Below, piece by piece: positions 21,937-32,852 of a DNA stretch of 64,000 bases. The first letter of the stretch is position 1, and the number at the start of each line of letters is the position of its first letter. Source of the DNA: Blepharisma stoltei ATCC 30299 (lineage: Eukaryota; Protista; Ciliophora). The stretch spans positions 372,001-436,000 of the forward strand of contig CBFDEM010000039.1 in the NCBI GenBank assembly GCA_965603825.1, read 5' to 3'. The notes beneath the pieces are model-generated. The model did not search any database, was not told the origin of the DNA, and worked only from the letters and a program-made list of their open reading frames with translations. The translations under genes were made by a program, and so were the position numbers.

Positions 21937-22902
21937 TTAAAGCGGATTTTGTGACCTGAAATGCTTCATTAAGTGGTTGTTTTTCATCCCTTGTCTGAGA
22001 TCGACTGCTAGCGTATCTTTGGCTTGTTGAACTCTGTCTTTTGGAGCCTGAGGCCATGATGTGCAAATCGCTAAAGACTTGTATTCCTCTGCAAGTACTG
22101 CTTTGAGCTGCTGCTGATATTGAGGTCTTGGCCTGTAGTACTGTTTATAGTATCTTGCAAATTCTTTAGTTCCAAGAATTTTCCCATTTTCAAGCCTCAA
22201 TTCTCCAGTGCTAGTTATTTCAGCAGTGATTCTATTTCTATGCAGCAGCATAGTGTTTCCAGACTCTTTTTCTTCCTCTTCTCCTTCTTCATCACTGTTT
22301 GCCCAATTATAAAATTCTTCATATTCTTCTTCATCATCCTCTGTGTTTATAAAGCAGTGCTGCTTATCCCTCATATGCTGTTGAACTGCTTGAGGGCTGT
22401 TAAAATTCACCCCCTTGTTATTGCAGTATAGACAAATCATGCCTTCTCTGACCTTTTTTTGTAAATAAGCCATCATAGCTTCCACATTGTTCACATATAA
22501 AACGTCAGGAATGAAAAACCCATGCTCTTGCATCATATGTTTTAAGTTATTGTCCAAGTTTGAGCTTGAGACACCACAAAATAAGCAAGCCAGCAAAGGG
22601 TTGTATTCGGCCTGAGACTCACTCATACTTTCTCTTTTTCTTTTTGCTTCTATATGCTTCTGATAAGCTTTGGCTGTATTGAATTGTTTCTGACAGCATG
22701 CGCAAATGCATTGGAAATGAACTTCTGTGGATATTTTTTCAGCTTCTGCTTTTTTTGCAGTGAAGATCTCGAGAGAAACAGGGTCAAGCTTAACTAGTTT
22801 TCTTTTCAAGTTGTATTGGTGGAAATCGGATTTGTAGTGTTCTCTTTGTTCGTCTTGGGAAGTGAGTATCACTCTGCAGGATGTGCATGTGACACCGTCC
22901 AT
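21937..22902 (-). CDS. ZNF622: Pre-60S maturation factor ZNF622/REI1, ~321 aa
   Basis: TCTSC...HYKSDFHQYNLKRK, CLFC...HMMQEHGFFIPD, CLYCN...QQHMRDKQHC, RYYKQ. Start placed at MDGVTC (22902). Confidence 0.92.
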   Translation of the reverse strand: MDGVTCTSCRVILTSQDEQREHYKSDFHQYNLKRKLVKLDPVSLEIFTAKKAEAEKISTEVHFQCICACCQKQFNTAKAYQKHIEAKRKRESMSESQAEYNPLLACLFCGVSSSNLDNNLKHMMQEHGFFIPDVLYVNNVEAMMAYLQKKVREGMICLYCNNKGVNFNSPQAVQQHMRDKQHCFINTEDDEEEYEEFYNWANSDEEGEEEEKESGNTMLLHRNRITAEITSTGELRLENGKILGTKEFARYYKQYYRPRPQYQQQLKAVLAEEYKSLAICTSWPQAPKDRVQQAKDTLAVDLRQGMKNNHLMKHFRSQNPL

Positions 22903-23011
22903 TTTAATTATGATGATAATTAGTGCATAATGCTTTCTGCTAAGAAAATGCATCTCTAAGTCGTGTGGCTTTAGAGAGATAAATCTATCTTTAGCAATAA
23001 ACTTTGAAGAC

Positions 23012-24148
23012 ATGTGAACCTCTGAGTCTCAGCTCAAGCATCTATGGAATAAATCAGTCAAGAAAAATGCAGCAATGAAAAAGCCCTTTGTCCTCAGACT
23101 AAATGGAAAATATTGCTTCGCAAATGAAAAACTCCAACTTACCTCAGACATCAACCACAGTTCTCTAAACTTATGAAAAAGATGAGAAAATAAAGAAAAA
23201 GACCAAAGCAAATGATCAAATAAAGCTCAAGGAATAGCAACCCAATTTTATCGACTAAAAGACAAAATGTGAAGCGAGAACAACGCAAAAGCAAACGAAG
23301 AGAAGAAATGACTGAGAAATTACCTACCAGAAATAATCATAGACAGCCCCGCAACATTAAGCAGCATTTTGAAATCAACAATAACCAAGCCTGGAAATAT
23401 AAGCTATTTTAACCCTACTCCTCCAAGATCTCCCTTAGTCTATTATATTGCTGACAAATACAATATGTGCATCCACAATACCTTTTTCCCTTATCGAGAC
23501 TACTATTACGACGCCAAAAAAGAATACGAAACTCTCCCAAAATATATCAAAGAAATGTATGAAAAAGCTAATGAGCTCGATACCTTGCGAAACCAAGCTG
23601 AATCCATGAAGTGTGCCAATGCAAGCTATTTAAACTATTTAAATGACGCAATTTCTTGAAGAGAAGTCTATAGGCGTCCTTTGTCATCATGCTTTGGAGA
23701 AAACTTAAAAGTGATGTGCAAGTTATCTGTTTTTATGGCGATTAAAATAGATAATCTTATCAGCCACTTAATGAGCAAGCTTGAAAGTATCTACAAAGAT
23801 AAAACAGGGAAAATCAAAAAAAGCAAAGTTTTAAAAGAAGCCGTGAATTATTGCATAAAACAATACCCTCAAGATGGTCATGTTTGCCATTACATTATTT
23901 GTGGGGAAGACTTGAATAGCTACTCTCCGACTCTTTCTATAATTGAACAAGCAATTTTTCATAGAGATACTTGGTTTGAGAGTAGTGAGAATAACGGAGA
24001 AATTGTGGACTTTCATGGCTGCCCACTTGTGAAGCCGAACAAAATTGTTAATTTAGGGTATGGGATGACTGCGAAGCTTTTTAAGATTGAAGACGTTTGA
24101 TTTGATAGTGGATCTACAAAGAAAGTCAAAGAAACCGAAAGCTATTAG
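23012..24148 (+). CDS. Hypothetical protein, ~378 aa; 8 TGA=Trp
   Basis: One frame from ATG 23012 to TAG 24146-24148, joining track ORFs 23369 and 23681. Start uncertain. Confidence 0.65.
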
Positions 24149-24175
24149 CTTATATGTAAACAATTTAATAATGTG

Positions 24176-25015
24176 TTAAATCAACCTTGTTAAATAAGGA
24201 GAACAGTGTCTTTTCATTGGCTCGATGTGAGAATGGTTCATTTCTTTATGTGTAGTATGTCTCTCCTTTGGGTAAAGCCTTTGAGATATTATAAAGGACC
24301 TTGGACTTGCACTTTTATTAAGCTCTCTGGAAGAAACTTCTTTAAAAGGGTTCGGGTTTACGAGCTCTAATGGAAGCAGAAGCTTTGGGATTTTTTGGAC
24401 TGACAAACTTTGCTTTAATGGCTGAGCGATAATTTTTTTCTTTGCAAAGGCTGATTTTTTTGGGTCAACATTTTTTTTATCATCTTTCAGTAAATATTTA
24501 TTTGCTGGAGTGTGGTTTCCTTCAATTATTATTTGGAGAATTTTAAGTCTTTCTTTTTCTAACTCTTTATCGTCTTCTTCTTGAGAAGTTCTTGCCATGC
24601 TTCGCTTGTTTCTGGACTTTATCATTGTTTTAGAGACCATGTCTATAAATCCAGGGTTGAGGGTATGGTCTTTCTCCTGCTCATGTTTCGATGTGATGCT
24701 ACTGAGCTTATAAAGGCTTTTCATGATTTGAAAACTTTCTGGGTGCTGAAGAGAGTTTTTGAACTTGTTTGGATTTGATTTGAGAGATTCTATTGATTTT
24801 GTGCTTTGGGCCGAAAACGCACATTTGAGGAACCCTGCGGCAAGTATTTTCAGCTTTGAAGTTTTTTTGAGCTTTTTTCATTCATCAGACTCTGCTTCAG
24901 ATTCACTGTTATCAGAACTATTTTTATCATGCAATCTACTAGAATTTGCTGCTTGGGCATTAGAATTCCTTATAAGCTTGAATAAATCCAGACTTGAAGA
25001 AGATTTATTTGTCAT
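24176..25015 (-). CDS. Hypothetical Lys/Ser-rich protein, ~279 aa; 1 TGA=Trp
   Basis: ATG 25015 is in frame with track ORF 24176..24724 through one TGA. Confidence 0.7.
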
Positions 25016-25104
25016 TTATATTAAACAGCACTTGGATAAATAAGCAATGTATTAGCTCTTTAATAAGATAAGCTTATAAAATATAGCTTATTATCAATAA
25101 TTAA

Positions 25105-25515
25105 ATGGTAGTTTATACAGGAAGCTGCCATTGCCATGCTGTAACTTTTGAAGTCGAAGCACCATCAGACCTTGTCGTGTGGCGTTGTGATTGCTCAATT
25201 TGTGTAATGAAGCAGAATCATCATTTCATAGTTCCTGAAGCTGCAATGCATATTTTAACTGGAGAAGATGTACTTACAGAATATAGATTCAACACGAATG
25301 TAGCTAGGCATTTATTTTGTAAAATTTGTGGAGTTGAATCTTTTTATAGGCCGAGATCAAACCCTGATGGTTATGGAATTAATATATATTGTATCGATAA
25401 AACACCTTCAACTTCTATTATTTGGCAAACCTTTGAAGGAAGTAACTGGGAAGAATTTTATAAAACAGCAGATATTCAAAAATATTCTAGGGTAAATGAT
25501 TCAAATACTTTATAA
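25105..25515 (+). CDS. GFA/CENP-V family protein
   Basis: GSCHC, CDCSIC, YRFNT..ARHLFCKICG...FYRPRSNPDG, F.G.NWE. Confidence 0.92.
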   Translation: MVVYTGSCHCHAVTFEVEAPSDLVVWRCDCSICVMKQNHHFIVPEAAMHILTGEDVLTEYRFNTNVARHLFCKICGVESFYRPRSNPDGYGINIYCIDKTPSTSIIWQTFEGSNWEEFYKTADIQKYSRVNDSNTL

Positions 25516-25665
25516 TTTGAATTAATTTATTAAATATTTATTATTTTAGGACAATTATTTTAAAATAAAGCTAAATATCAATAACAAGCTGCCAAAACCA
25601 ATTTGAAAAATCTAATCAAAATAGAGCTTAAAAGTAACATTTAAAGCTCAGCTAATATTTAAGTC

Positions 25666-26682
25666 TTATTCTAATTGAGGAGCAGATGGCTGCAGCATAA
25701 CACCTGGCATCTTTATTGGATTCCAATCATTTATCTCTGGATGCTTTTGTCGTTTTATTTTAGGTAATATATCAATAAATATTTCAATGTTTGGATTAGG
25801 ATGCAAAGTAATTGAGTTCAAGTAAACAGTAGAAACAATTGAATAGGAACAATTAATTAAATTTCCCCTAGTAGAATACGCCTCATCTATTTCTTGTTTA
25901 ACAAATCCTTTGTCCAATCCAAAACAAATCTTAAGACTCTTAGGCTCCCTTTTTGCATTTGGCCCTATATTTGCCATATTCCTATGCTGGATGATTCTAT
26001 ATTTTATCATTTTAGTAGCTCTTTTCTCGCTCTTGAATAGTACAGTTTTATATAAAACAGTTTCGACTGATGCATTATTATGTCGTATTTCTGAATATAT
26101 TTCTAAGTTAATTTCAAGCTTTTCTCCTATCAAATAAGCAGATTTATTAGTATTGGCTCTCATAAAAATATTTCCCTGATGAAAACAGCATCACCTTATT
26201 GGCTGCGATATTGTTGCTGATGAAAGTTTTATTATCTTTTCTGGCTGGTTCTGAATCAGCTTTATTTCTTGCTTCCCTAAAATAGGTTCTGGAATTGAGT
26301 CAAGAGTGGCAGATATAACATATTTAATTGCCGACTGCGTCATCTTTGAAGAATAGCTAAAGCTTCCTGGGAGATTAACAGGTGGCATAATAACAAAAGG
26401 AAAAGAATACTTTCCATAGTTCATCTTCCTATTATGGCACTGATATAAGACTATTGAATTATGACAAATAACTTCATATCCCTTTCTTATGGCCACTTTA
26501 CTTTCTTCTTTATCTGAAAATTCTTCTCAAAATGTCTCTTCAAATCCTAAAAATTCCAAAACTAAAGTGTCGCATTTTACATTCTGTATTAATGATAAGC
26601 ACACTTCTCCAGAAATGACTTCTCCAGCGAAAAAACTAGTGTTTTTCAAATTGATATAAATCGAGCTATTTTTGTTTCCCAT
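25666..26682 (-). CDS. Arrestin-domain protein, ~338 aa, N-terminal MG (possible myristoylation); 2 TGA=Trp
   Basis: FFAGEVISGEV, GFEETF(W), GKYSFPF...LPGSF...IKY, (W)CC, YLIGEKL, STRGNLINCSY. Confidence 0.85.
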
Positions 26683-26692
26683 ATTTATTTTA

Positions 26693-27562
26693 TTATTTTC
26701 GATTAGGTTTAGGAAAACTCTGTTGAATTGCTCTCATCCACTCCTCATCTTGATTTCCATGGGAACCTTTACTTACATTTGGAGGTGGCCCAATAGACTG
26801 AAAAGAGTCTTCTCCAGACGATACAAGAATTGCTTGGGCATGGTCTTTTTGGCTTTGTTTTCTTATAGGCGACCCAAATAAATGATAAGACAGAACCATC
26901 CTAAGCGCGCCTACTAGTTTTTGGTCTCTAGCAGACCAATAAAATAAGCTGATTCCATTTTTATGACAAAAATATCGCAGTGCTCTTGCCATTCATTTCC
27001 TATTCTCACTTTCCTGGTCACAAAACACATCATACTTCGTAGCAGCTACATATACAGGCACCGGAATTGGTTCCAGTCTTGCTGAATCTTCATGTTTGTT
27101 TCATTTTTTTGCAATTCGTTTTTGGTATTTTTGGGCTTCTTTTGGAGGGAGATGAGATAAGATTTCATTAATTCGGTTCCTGACAACCTGTAGCCAATAA
27201 AGAAGGGAATCAATAACTTTATATGGATGTGAGAGGTCAATTACAATTACGATCATCAGCTCTGAAAGCGTTTCTGCTGTCATTGGAACTGATACTAAAT
27301 TAGCAAGAAGTCGGCCACCGCCTAGCTCATAAATATATCCTAAATCACGAGTAGAGTTTATACCAAGAGGCGCTCGGGCGTAAGAGTATTCTAAAGCGAC
27401 AGTAGGTCTTGGCTCTTCAGTGTTGGATGATTGTGATATGAAGTTATTTACTAATGTTGATTTCCCTGACTTTCTTTCTCCTAGCACAAATATGGTTCGC
27501 TCGCTGGGAGTAGATTCTTGAGAGGCTGTTTGTTCAGACAGAGCCCATATGTCTGGAATCAT
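26693..27562 (-). CDS. DYNC2LI1: Cytoplasmic dynein-2 light intermediate chain (IFT dynein), ~289 aa; 2 TGA=Trp
   Basis: DIW, GERKSGKST, PRPTVALEYSYAR, YELGGG, VIDLSHP, TKYD, RALRYFCH, GEDSFQSIG. Confidence 0.88.
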
Positions 27563-27875
27563 TTCTTTATTTAAATAATTTTCATTTTTTGTATTAATCC
27601 TTGTTAAGAGTAATATCTAGCCAAAATTGATATATAAACTTATAATAATTGCCTGCATCTAAAAATTTGTTTTTGACATGTGCAAGCCTATTATCTCATG
27701 TGAAAACAATTTTCGATTACCAAATGAATTAAACATCTAACAAAATCATTATATTTTTAAAGATTTAATATTTCTAAAATATATAAAACTGATTTTAAAT
27801 AATTTCCAAGAGAATTGTTTTCTATAATTCAATTCTTCAATTCTAGCAGTTTCTTTCACTTTCATAATTTTCATA

Positions 27876-29105
27876 ATGGACAGTTCCAGCGATGAGTTCC
27901 AAGAGGACAATGATCCTTCAAATGAATTTGAGACGAAGCTTCAAGAATCTTATCAGTTCCACAAAGAATCAAATTCAAGGCCAATATCTTCATCTTCTTC
28001 GAATAGACCGCAAACCGCTTCTAGACATCGAGATGACCCTGACCCAAGAGTAGCAGTCTTCATAATACCTCCATTTCAAGTCTATTCAAAGATCGCAAAC
28101 CATTTGACAGCTCAAGGTATTCCTAAATCTGAAGTGGTCTCAGCTTTAGGTGAGTTTTCAACACTTGAGAAGTTTCGAAATGGCTTTTCCACATTGGGAC
28201 TTGAATTGACTGAGGATGAAATCTTAGTTTTATTCAGAGATAATGGCATCTCTAAGAACGGGATCTTGAGGATAAGTGAAATATATTCCAAAATTATCAA
28301 CGAAGTAAAAGAAGAGGAAGAAGACACTTCTCATCATTCTCAAGATAACAACCCTGATCAATTAAGAAGAGAAGCTGAAAAGCTACTACAAGCTACTCAG
28401 CCAAAACTCGCAAAGAAACTTAAGCAAAAAAGCGATCGATCTTTAAAAAGACCTGTTTCTGGGGCTATAAGATCACATGGCTCCAGTGCCAAATCATTCA
28501 GACCTGTCAGTGCTTACGAAGGATCCAAGCTTTCTCAAACTAAACCAGACAGGGTTATTTTTAAGAAAAACTACCTTCAAGAAACAAAGTCCAAACAAAA
28601 AGAAGCAGAAAAAGAACTAGCCTTAACTGTTGATAAATGCAAACGAGAATTTGAATACGAAAGTCTGCACAAAATGGGTGAGGCAAATGAAATTGCCCAG
28701 TCCATGGGTTTACCAACAATATATAGAGCAATAAAAAAAGAAGATGGGACAACCAAATGTCATATTTATCATAACGACCAATTTGTTGAAGAAATCACTC
28801 TTGATAACTTTCTAAGAGAGTGGAGAAGGCTGAAAAGAAAGCAAAAACCTGCCATTAACATGCAACCCCAAGCAGCTGCTATAACTACCCAGCCATCAGT
28901 AAGTGAAAATCTAATGAAGTCTACTCAGCAGCCTTCTGCAAAAGTAAATAAAAAAGAGCGCCAAGAAGAGCTTAAAAAACTTTTATTGGAAACCAAGGAG
29001 CTCACAAATAAGCTGAAAGAGCAACTGAAGATACTTGAGAAAAAAGGGATTGTGTCGAAATCAATGCATTCGTCGGTAGCAGGCTTCTCATCATCTTTAA
29101 TATAA
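27876..29105 (+). CDS. Hypothetical protein with degenerate EF-hand-like and coiled-coil regions
   Basis: 409-aa ORF; LGLELTEDEILVLF...NGILRISE resembles an EF-hand pair; C-terminal heptads. Confidence 0.7.
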   Translation: MDSSSDEFQEDNDPSNEFETKLQESYQFHKESNSRPISSSSSNRPQTASRHRDDPDPRVAVFIIPPFQVYSKIANHLTAQGIPKSEVVSALGEFSTLEKFRNGFSTLGLELTEDEILVLFRDNGISKNGILRISEIYSKIINEVKEEEEDTSHHSQDNNPDQLRREAEKLLQATQPKLAKKLKQKSDRSLKRPVSGAIRSHGSSAKSFRPVSAYEGSKLSQTKPDRVIFKKNYLQETKSKQKEAEKELALTVDKCKREFEYESLHKMGEANEIAQSMGLPTIYRAIKKEDGTTKCHIYHNDQFVEEITLDNFLREWRRLKRKQKPAINMQPQAAAITTQPSVSENLMKSTQQPSAKVNKKERQEELKKLLLETKELTNKLKEQLKILEKKGIVSKSMHSSVAGFSSSLI

Positions 29106-29402
29106 TATTGATGCACGTCTAGAAATTATAATACCGAATAATCTTCTGTCTGATTTTTATATAATAAATTTTTTTGTATTAGAGGAATCTAAATCTTATA
29201 TTAATCCAAAGGCTGTCTCTTTTATATATCTAAAAAGAAAATGCCCTTATTCATCAAAAATCCACGAAATTGCAAAAAAATAAGGTAAAATCGTTTATGT
29301 GGTATTTTATTTTAATTTTACTTAAAATCATCATAATTTAGTGGAGTTCTTTTCTCTGCCACTGATCACGTATGCCATTTCACCACAAATCATAGTAATA
29401 AA

Positions 29403-32400
29403 ATGGAAGGCAGCGAGGAGGTCAATATCATTCAAATTACACTTATTGACCCAGAAGAGCAAAAGCACAACATTCGGCTGACTCCAGCAGATTTTCTGAT
29501 TGAACTGAAGACATGTTTGGCTGACTACGCACCCACTTCTTACTTTACAAATTACCATTTTGAATCCTCAGGACACACACTAAGCGATTATGTCGAGCTC
29601 GCTGAGCAAGGACTTCAGTCAGGCTCCACAGTCCGCATTGTGCTGGACCCATATAACGAAAAGGCCATAAAGACACACATTAAAAGGATAAAAGACACAA
29701 TAGCGAACCCATCTCCCCCGAAATCAAACATTTTTGTGCAGGAAAAAGAAGAAACCAAGACCCTTTCTACAGCTCCAGATAGTTCTTTACCTTTATTAGA
29801 CCAACAAGAACTGCTTTGTGTGCCTAACAAGCTGCTTTCTCCTCCATCACAGCTGCCTATATATGAGACTGATATAGAGGAAATCTCAACAGAATTGCCA
29901 AAGTGTGTGGGCGCGATTAATTTTTATGAATTAAGGACTCCTTCACCAAAAAGAAGACTTTGTGGAGATTTGGCTTATCTTGTGGTCCAGACACTGGAAG
30001 GGGAAACTTATTACATTACTTGCTCAGTTGTCGGATTTTATGTGAATGCTACCACAAGTGATAATGGGAGCATCATATTTAGACCTGAAATATCAGATAA
30101 AAAAATTGCAGGGAAAACATTGGTGGAATTATTGAAAACAGTGAGTAAGAAATTTAAAGATGACTGGCAATTGCTATTAGTAAAAGCTGCAGAATCAGAA
30201 AACTACAAAGAAATAAAAACAAGCTTGCCAACTCCAGAATGGATTGTCCAAGTCAAGCCAGAACCTCAAAGAGAAACAGAGTTTGACGTAGAAAGTATAA
30301 GAGACTGGAACGAAGAGTTCCAAATGATAAGAGACCTTCCTGCAGAGTCTCCTTTACAGAGGATACAAAAAGATAAAGCTTTAGCCAAAGTCTACTCAGA
30401 CTTTTTAGAAGTAGCCGTAAAAGGTGCAAAAACAATAATTGCTGGTGGCTTGAAGCCATTAAACCCAATGGATCCTCTAAAGCAGCAGCTTTTCATATTT
30501 AACCATATTTTTTTCAGCTTCATAGACGACTCAGAGTACGTCCAACATCAAGGCCCAGATGCTTGTTACACCTTGATTTCTGCAAACCACGACCTAAGAG
30601 CCATAAAATTCTTATGCAATGCTGAAATCCCTGGCCTGCACTGCATTGCAAGTGCATTTGTAGATTACAGGGGCTATAGAGTTTTGTGTCAAAGCATCAT
30701 TCCAGGTATTTTGGACAGAACTCCAGAAACCAGTGCTCAATACGGCAGCATTGACGATGGTAAAACCATCCATACAGACCCAGAATTCCACGAAATCATG
30801 AAGCAAATCTGTGAAAAACTCTGCCTTTCCAAATCAGTCGTCCTAGACTACGAAGGAAACAAGCACGAAATTTGGGGAGCTGTAGATTCCAAAGGGATCA
30901 GAGGATCTGATCAAAGAAAATATTTCTTGGAAACCCTACGACTTACCCCACGAGACGCAAACTTTTTAGGAGAAGAATACGCCCTTTGTTTATTGAGGCC
31001 TGAATTAGTAGAGCAATTCCAGCAGATCAAGACTAACGAGTTTATCGAAAACAAAGCTGAAGAAGCCATTAAGAAAAAGAAGGAAGAAAATACAGAAGAA
31101 AGCAAGTTGACCATTGAAGAACTACAAGAAATAGTCAAAGCAGCACCAAAGCTGGAATTCAATCCAAATGTGTTCACGTCTGCAAAACTTGCTGAAGGAC
31201 AAGAAGAAAGCGAACAAAAAGTGCTTGAAATCAGCACATTTTTGAGAGAAAAGCAGCTGCCATTGGTTGCAAAGTTAATTTGCAATGATGATGGAAGCTG
31301 GACAAGAGTAGGGAACAGCTTTATTGAAGTGCTGCACAGGTTTGGAGTCAATGCTAGATATTTAGGAAAAATCAGCACTTTAATAGCAGAGCCAGAGCAC
31401 AAACACGTGAAAATTATGTGTGAAAGACTTGCAGTGGCAAGAAGTGCCAAAAGAGTTATTAATGAGCACTTAAGAAACACATCAGACCTTTATCTTGCAG
31501 AAACTATTGCCCACCTATTAAACTGTTTAATGAACAATTTGTCAGCTACCCAAGAGTCAAAATCAGGGAAAAAAAGGAGAAATAAGAAAAGCAAAAAGGC
31601 GCAGTCAGAAGTCAAAGCCAACCTTATTGAGTTTGAAAGGCCAGAAGCCTTACAGATTACCCCAGAAATCTTGTGGGGACAAATAAAGGCTAGAGCTGAC
31701 AAGCACTTTGGCTTGAATCTGCCTAATAGGATTGAGTTCTGGGAAGCAGCAAGCTCTCCAGGGCTTAGAATTGCCTTTTTAAGAGAAGTTTGTTTACAAA
31801 CAGGCATCCAGCTGAACCACTCAGTATCTTTTGATTCACCTTTTACCTCTGAAAGCGTTGCAAGCCTCAACATTCGTGTAAAATCAATAGAATGGAAAAG
31901 CATGGAAAGCCGATGGCTTTATGAAAACGCCATGAAATCCCTTAACGAGCAGAATATTGACATGGCGGCCGAAATGCTAATACAGAGCGCAGGTATCCAA
32001 GAGCAGGTTTCAGGGCCACTTCATCATGATATCAGTTTTGTTTACCAGAAACTAAGCCAAATTTATCTTTCACAAGGAGATTTGCACCAAGCAATAAACT
32101 ACCAGCACAAAGCAATATTGATTATGGAAAGAATTCTCGGGAATGACCATCTTATGGTTGGCCAAAGCTACATGAATTTCGGGTATCTTTATCAAGGTAT
32201 CAGTAAGTATAAGCGCGCTATGAAACATATGTTGCATGCTTTGCAGATTTTCTTTGTAAACAGTGGAGAAATGAGCCCAGAAGCTATACCAGCTTTGCTT
32301 AGCATTGGAGTTATGTATAGAGAGCTTGGACTTCATGATACTTCTATAGGAGTTTTGTCTCATGTCATGGAAATGTGTTTAGCACTTTATGGAGAAAAAA

Positions 32401-32828
32401 ACTTAAGGGTTGCAGAATCCTCACAGATTTTGGCAACTGAGTATAAGTTCATGAAAGATTATGAAGCTTCTAAGCTGTGGGAAACTAGAGCCCTTGATAT
32501 TTTTAAAGCAATTCTACCGGAAAACCATCCAAGAATGAAGGAATGTGAAGAAAACATCGAAAACTTGAAGAAACTTGCGGCTGGGACTATTGCAACTGAT
32601 CCTAACCTTGCAAACCAAAGAAATGCAAGACCTAATGACAAAAAAGCATACTTAAAACAAAAACTACACGCCAGAAAGATGAAAGCCAAGCTCGGTCTCC
32701 CAATGCACCAACTCTACCAAGCTACTGCATTTGATGAGATGCCAGGAAGAATGACAAAAGAACAGATAGACCAAGAAAAATTGAAGAAAATCTTTGAAGA
32801 AATCCAGAAAAAGGAAGAAACTAAATAG
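29403..32828 (+). CDS. CLUH: Clustered mitochondria protein CLUH/Clu1
   Basis: 1141 aa; GDLAYLVVQTLEG, RDWNEEFQ, VDYRGYRVLCQSIIPGIL, YGSIDDG, KGIRGSDQRKY, C-terminal TPRs. Confidence 0.95.
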   Translation: MEGSEEVNIIQITLIDPEEQKHNIRLTPADFLIELKTCLADYAPTSYFTNYHFESSGHTLSDYVELAEQGLQSGSTVRIVLDPYNEKAIKTHIKRIKDTIANPSPPKSNIFVQEKEETKTLSTAPDSSLPLLDQQELLCVPNKLLSPPSQLPIYETDIEEISTELPKCVGAINFYELRTPSPKRRLCGDLAYLVVQTLEGETYYITCSVVGFYVNATTSDNGSIIFRPEISDKKIAGKTLVELLKTVSKKFKDDWQLLLVKAAESENYKEIKTSLPTPEWIVQVKPEPQRETEFDVESIRDWNEEFQMIRDLPAESPLQRIQKDKALAKVYSDFLEVAVKGAKTIIAGGLKPLNPMDPLKQQLFIFNHIFFSFIDDSEYVQHQGPDACYTLISANHDLRAIKFLCNAEIPGLHCIASAFVDYRGYRVLCQSIIPGILDRTPETSAQYGSIDDGKTIHTDPEFHEIMKQICEKLCLSKSVVLDYEGNKHEIWGAVDSKGIRGSDQRKYFLETLRLTPRDANFLGEEYALCLLRPELVEQFQQIKTNEFIENKAEEAIKKKKEENTEESKLTIEELQEIVKAAPKLEFNPNVFTSAKLAEGQEESEQKVLEISTFLREKQLPLVAKLICNDDGSWTRVGNSFIEVLHRFGVNARYLGKISTLIAEPEHKHVKIMCERLAVARSAKRVINEHLRNTSDLYLAETIAHLLNCLMNNLSATQESKSGKKRRNKKSKKAQSEVKANLIEFERPEALQITPEILWGQIKARADKHFGLNLPNRIEFWEAASSPGLRIAFLREVCLQTGIQLNHSVSFDSPFTSESVASLNIRVKSIEWKSMESRWLYENAMKSLNEQNIDMAAEMLIQSAGIQEQVSGPLHHDISFVYQKLSQIYLSQGDLHQAINYQHKAILIMERILGNDHLMVGQSYMNFGYLYQGISKYKRAMKHMLHALQIFFVNSGEMSPEAIPALLSIGVMYRELGLHDTSIGVLSHVMEMCLALYGEKNLRVAESSQILATEYKFMKDYEASKLWETRALDIFKAILPENHPRMKECEENIENLKKLAAGTIATDPNLANQRNARPNDKKAYLKQKLHARKMKAKLGLPMHQLYQATAFDEMPGRMTKEQIDQEKLKKIFEEIQKKEETK

Positions 32829-32852
32829 GATTAACACTTTTTTTAATAATAT

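Noticed and set aside
22903-23013. 37-aa N-terminal extension of ZNF622 in the ORF track
   Set aside because: It crosses the AT-rich divergent promoter region; family homology begins at MDGVTC.
30911-31903. Long antisense ORFs (e.g. 30911..31480, 31490..31903, 62592..63050, 36105..36458)
   Set aside because: They are shadows of well-supported genes on the other strand, with Phe/Ser/Leu-rich mirror composition and no motifs.
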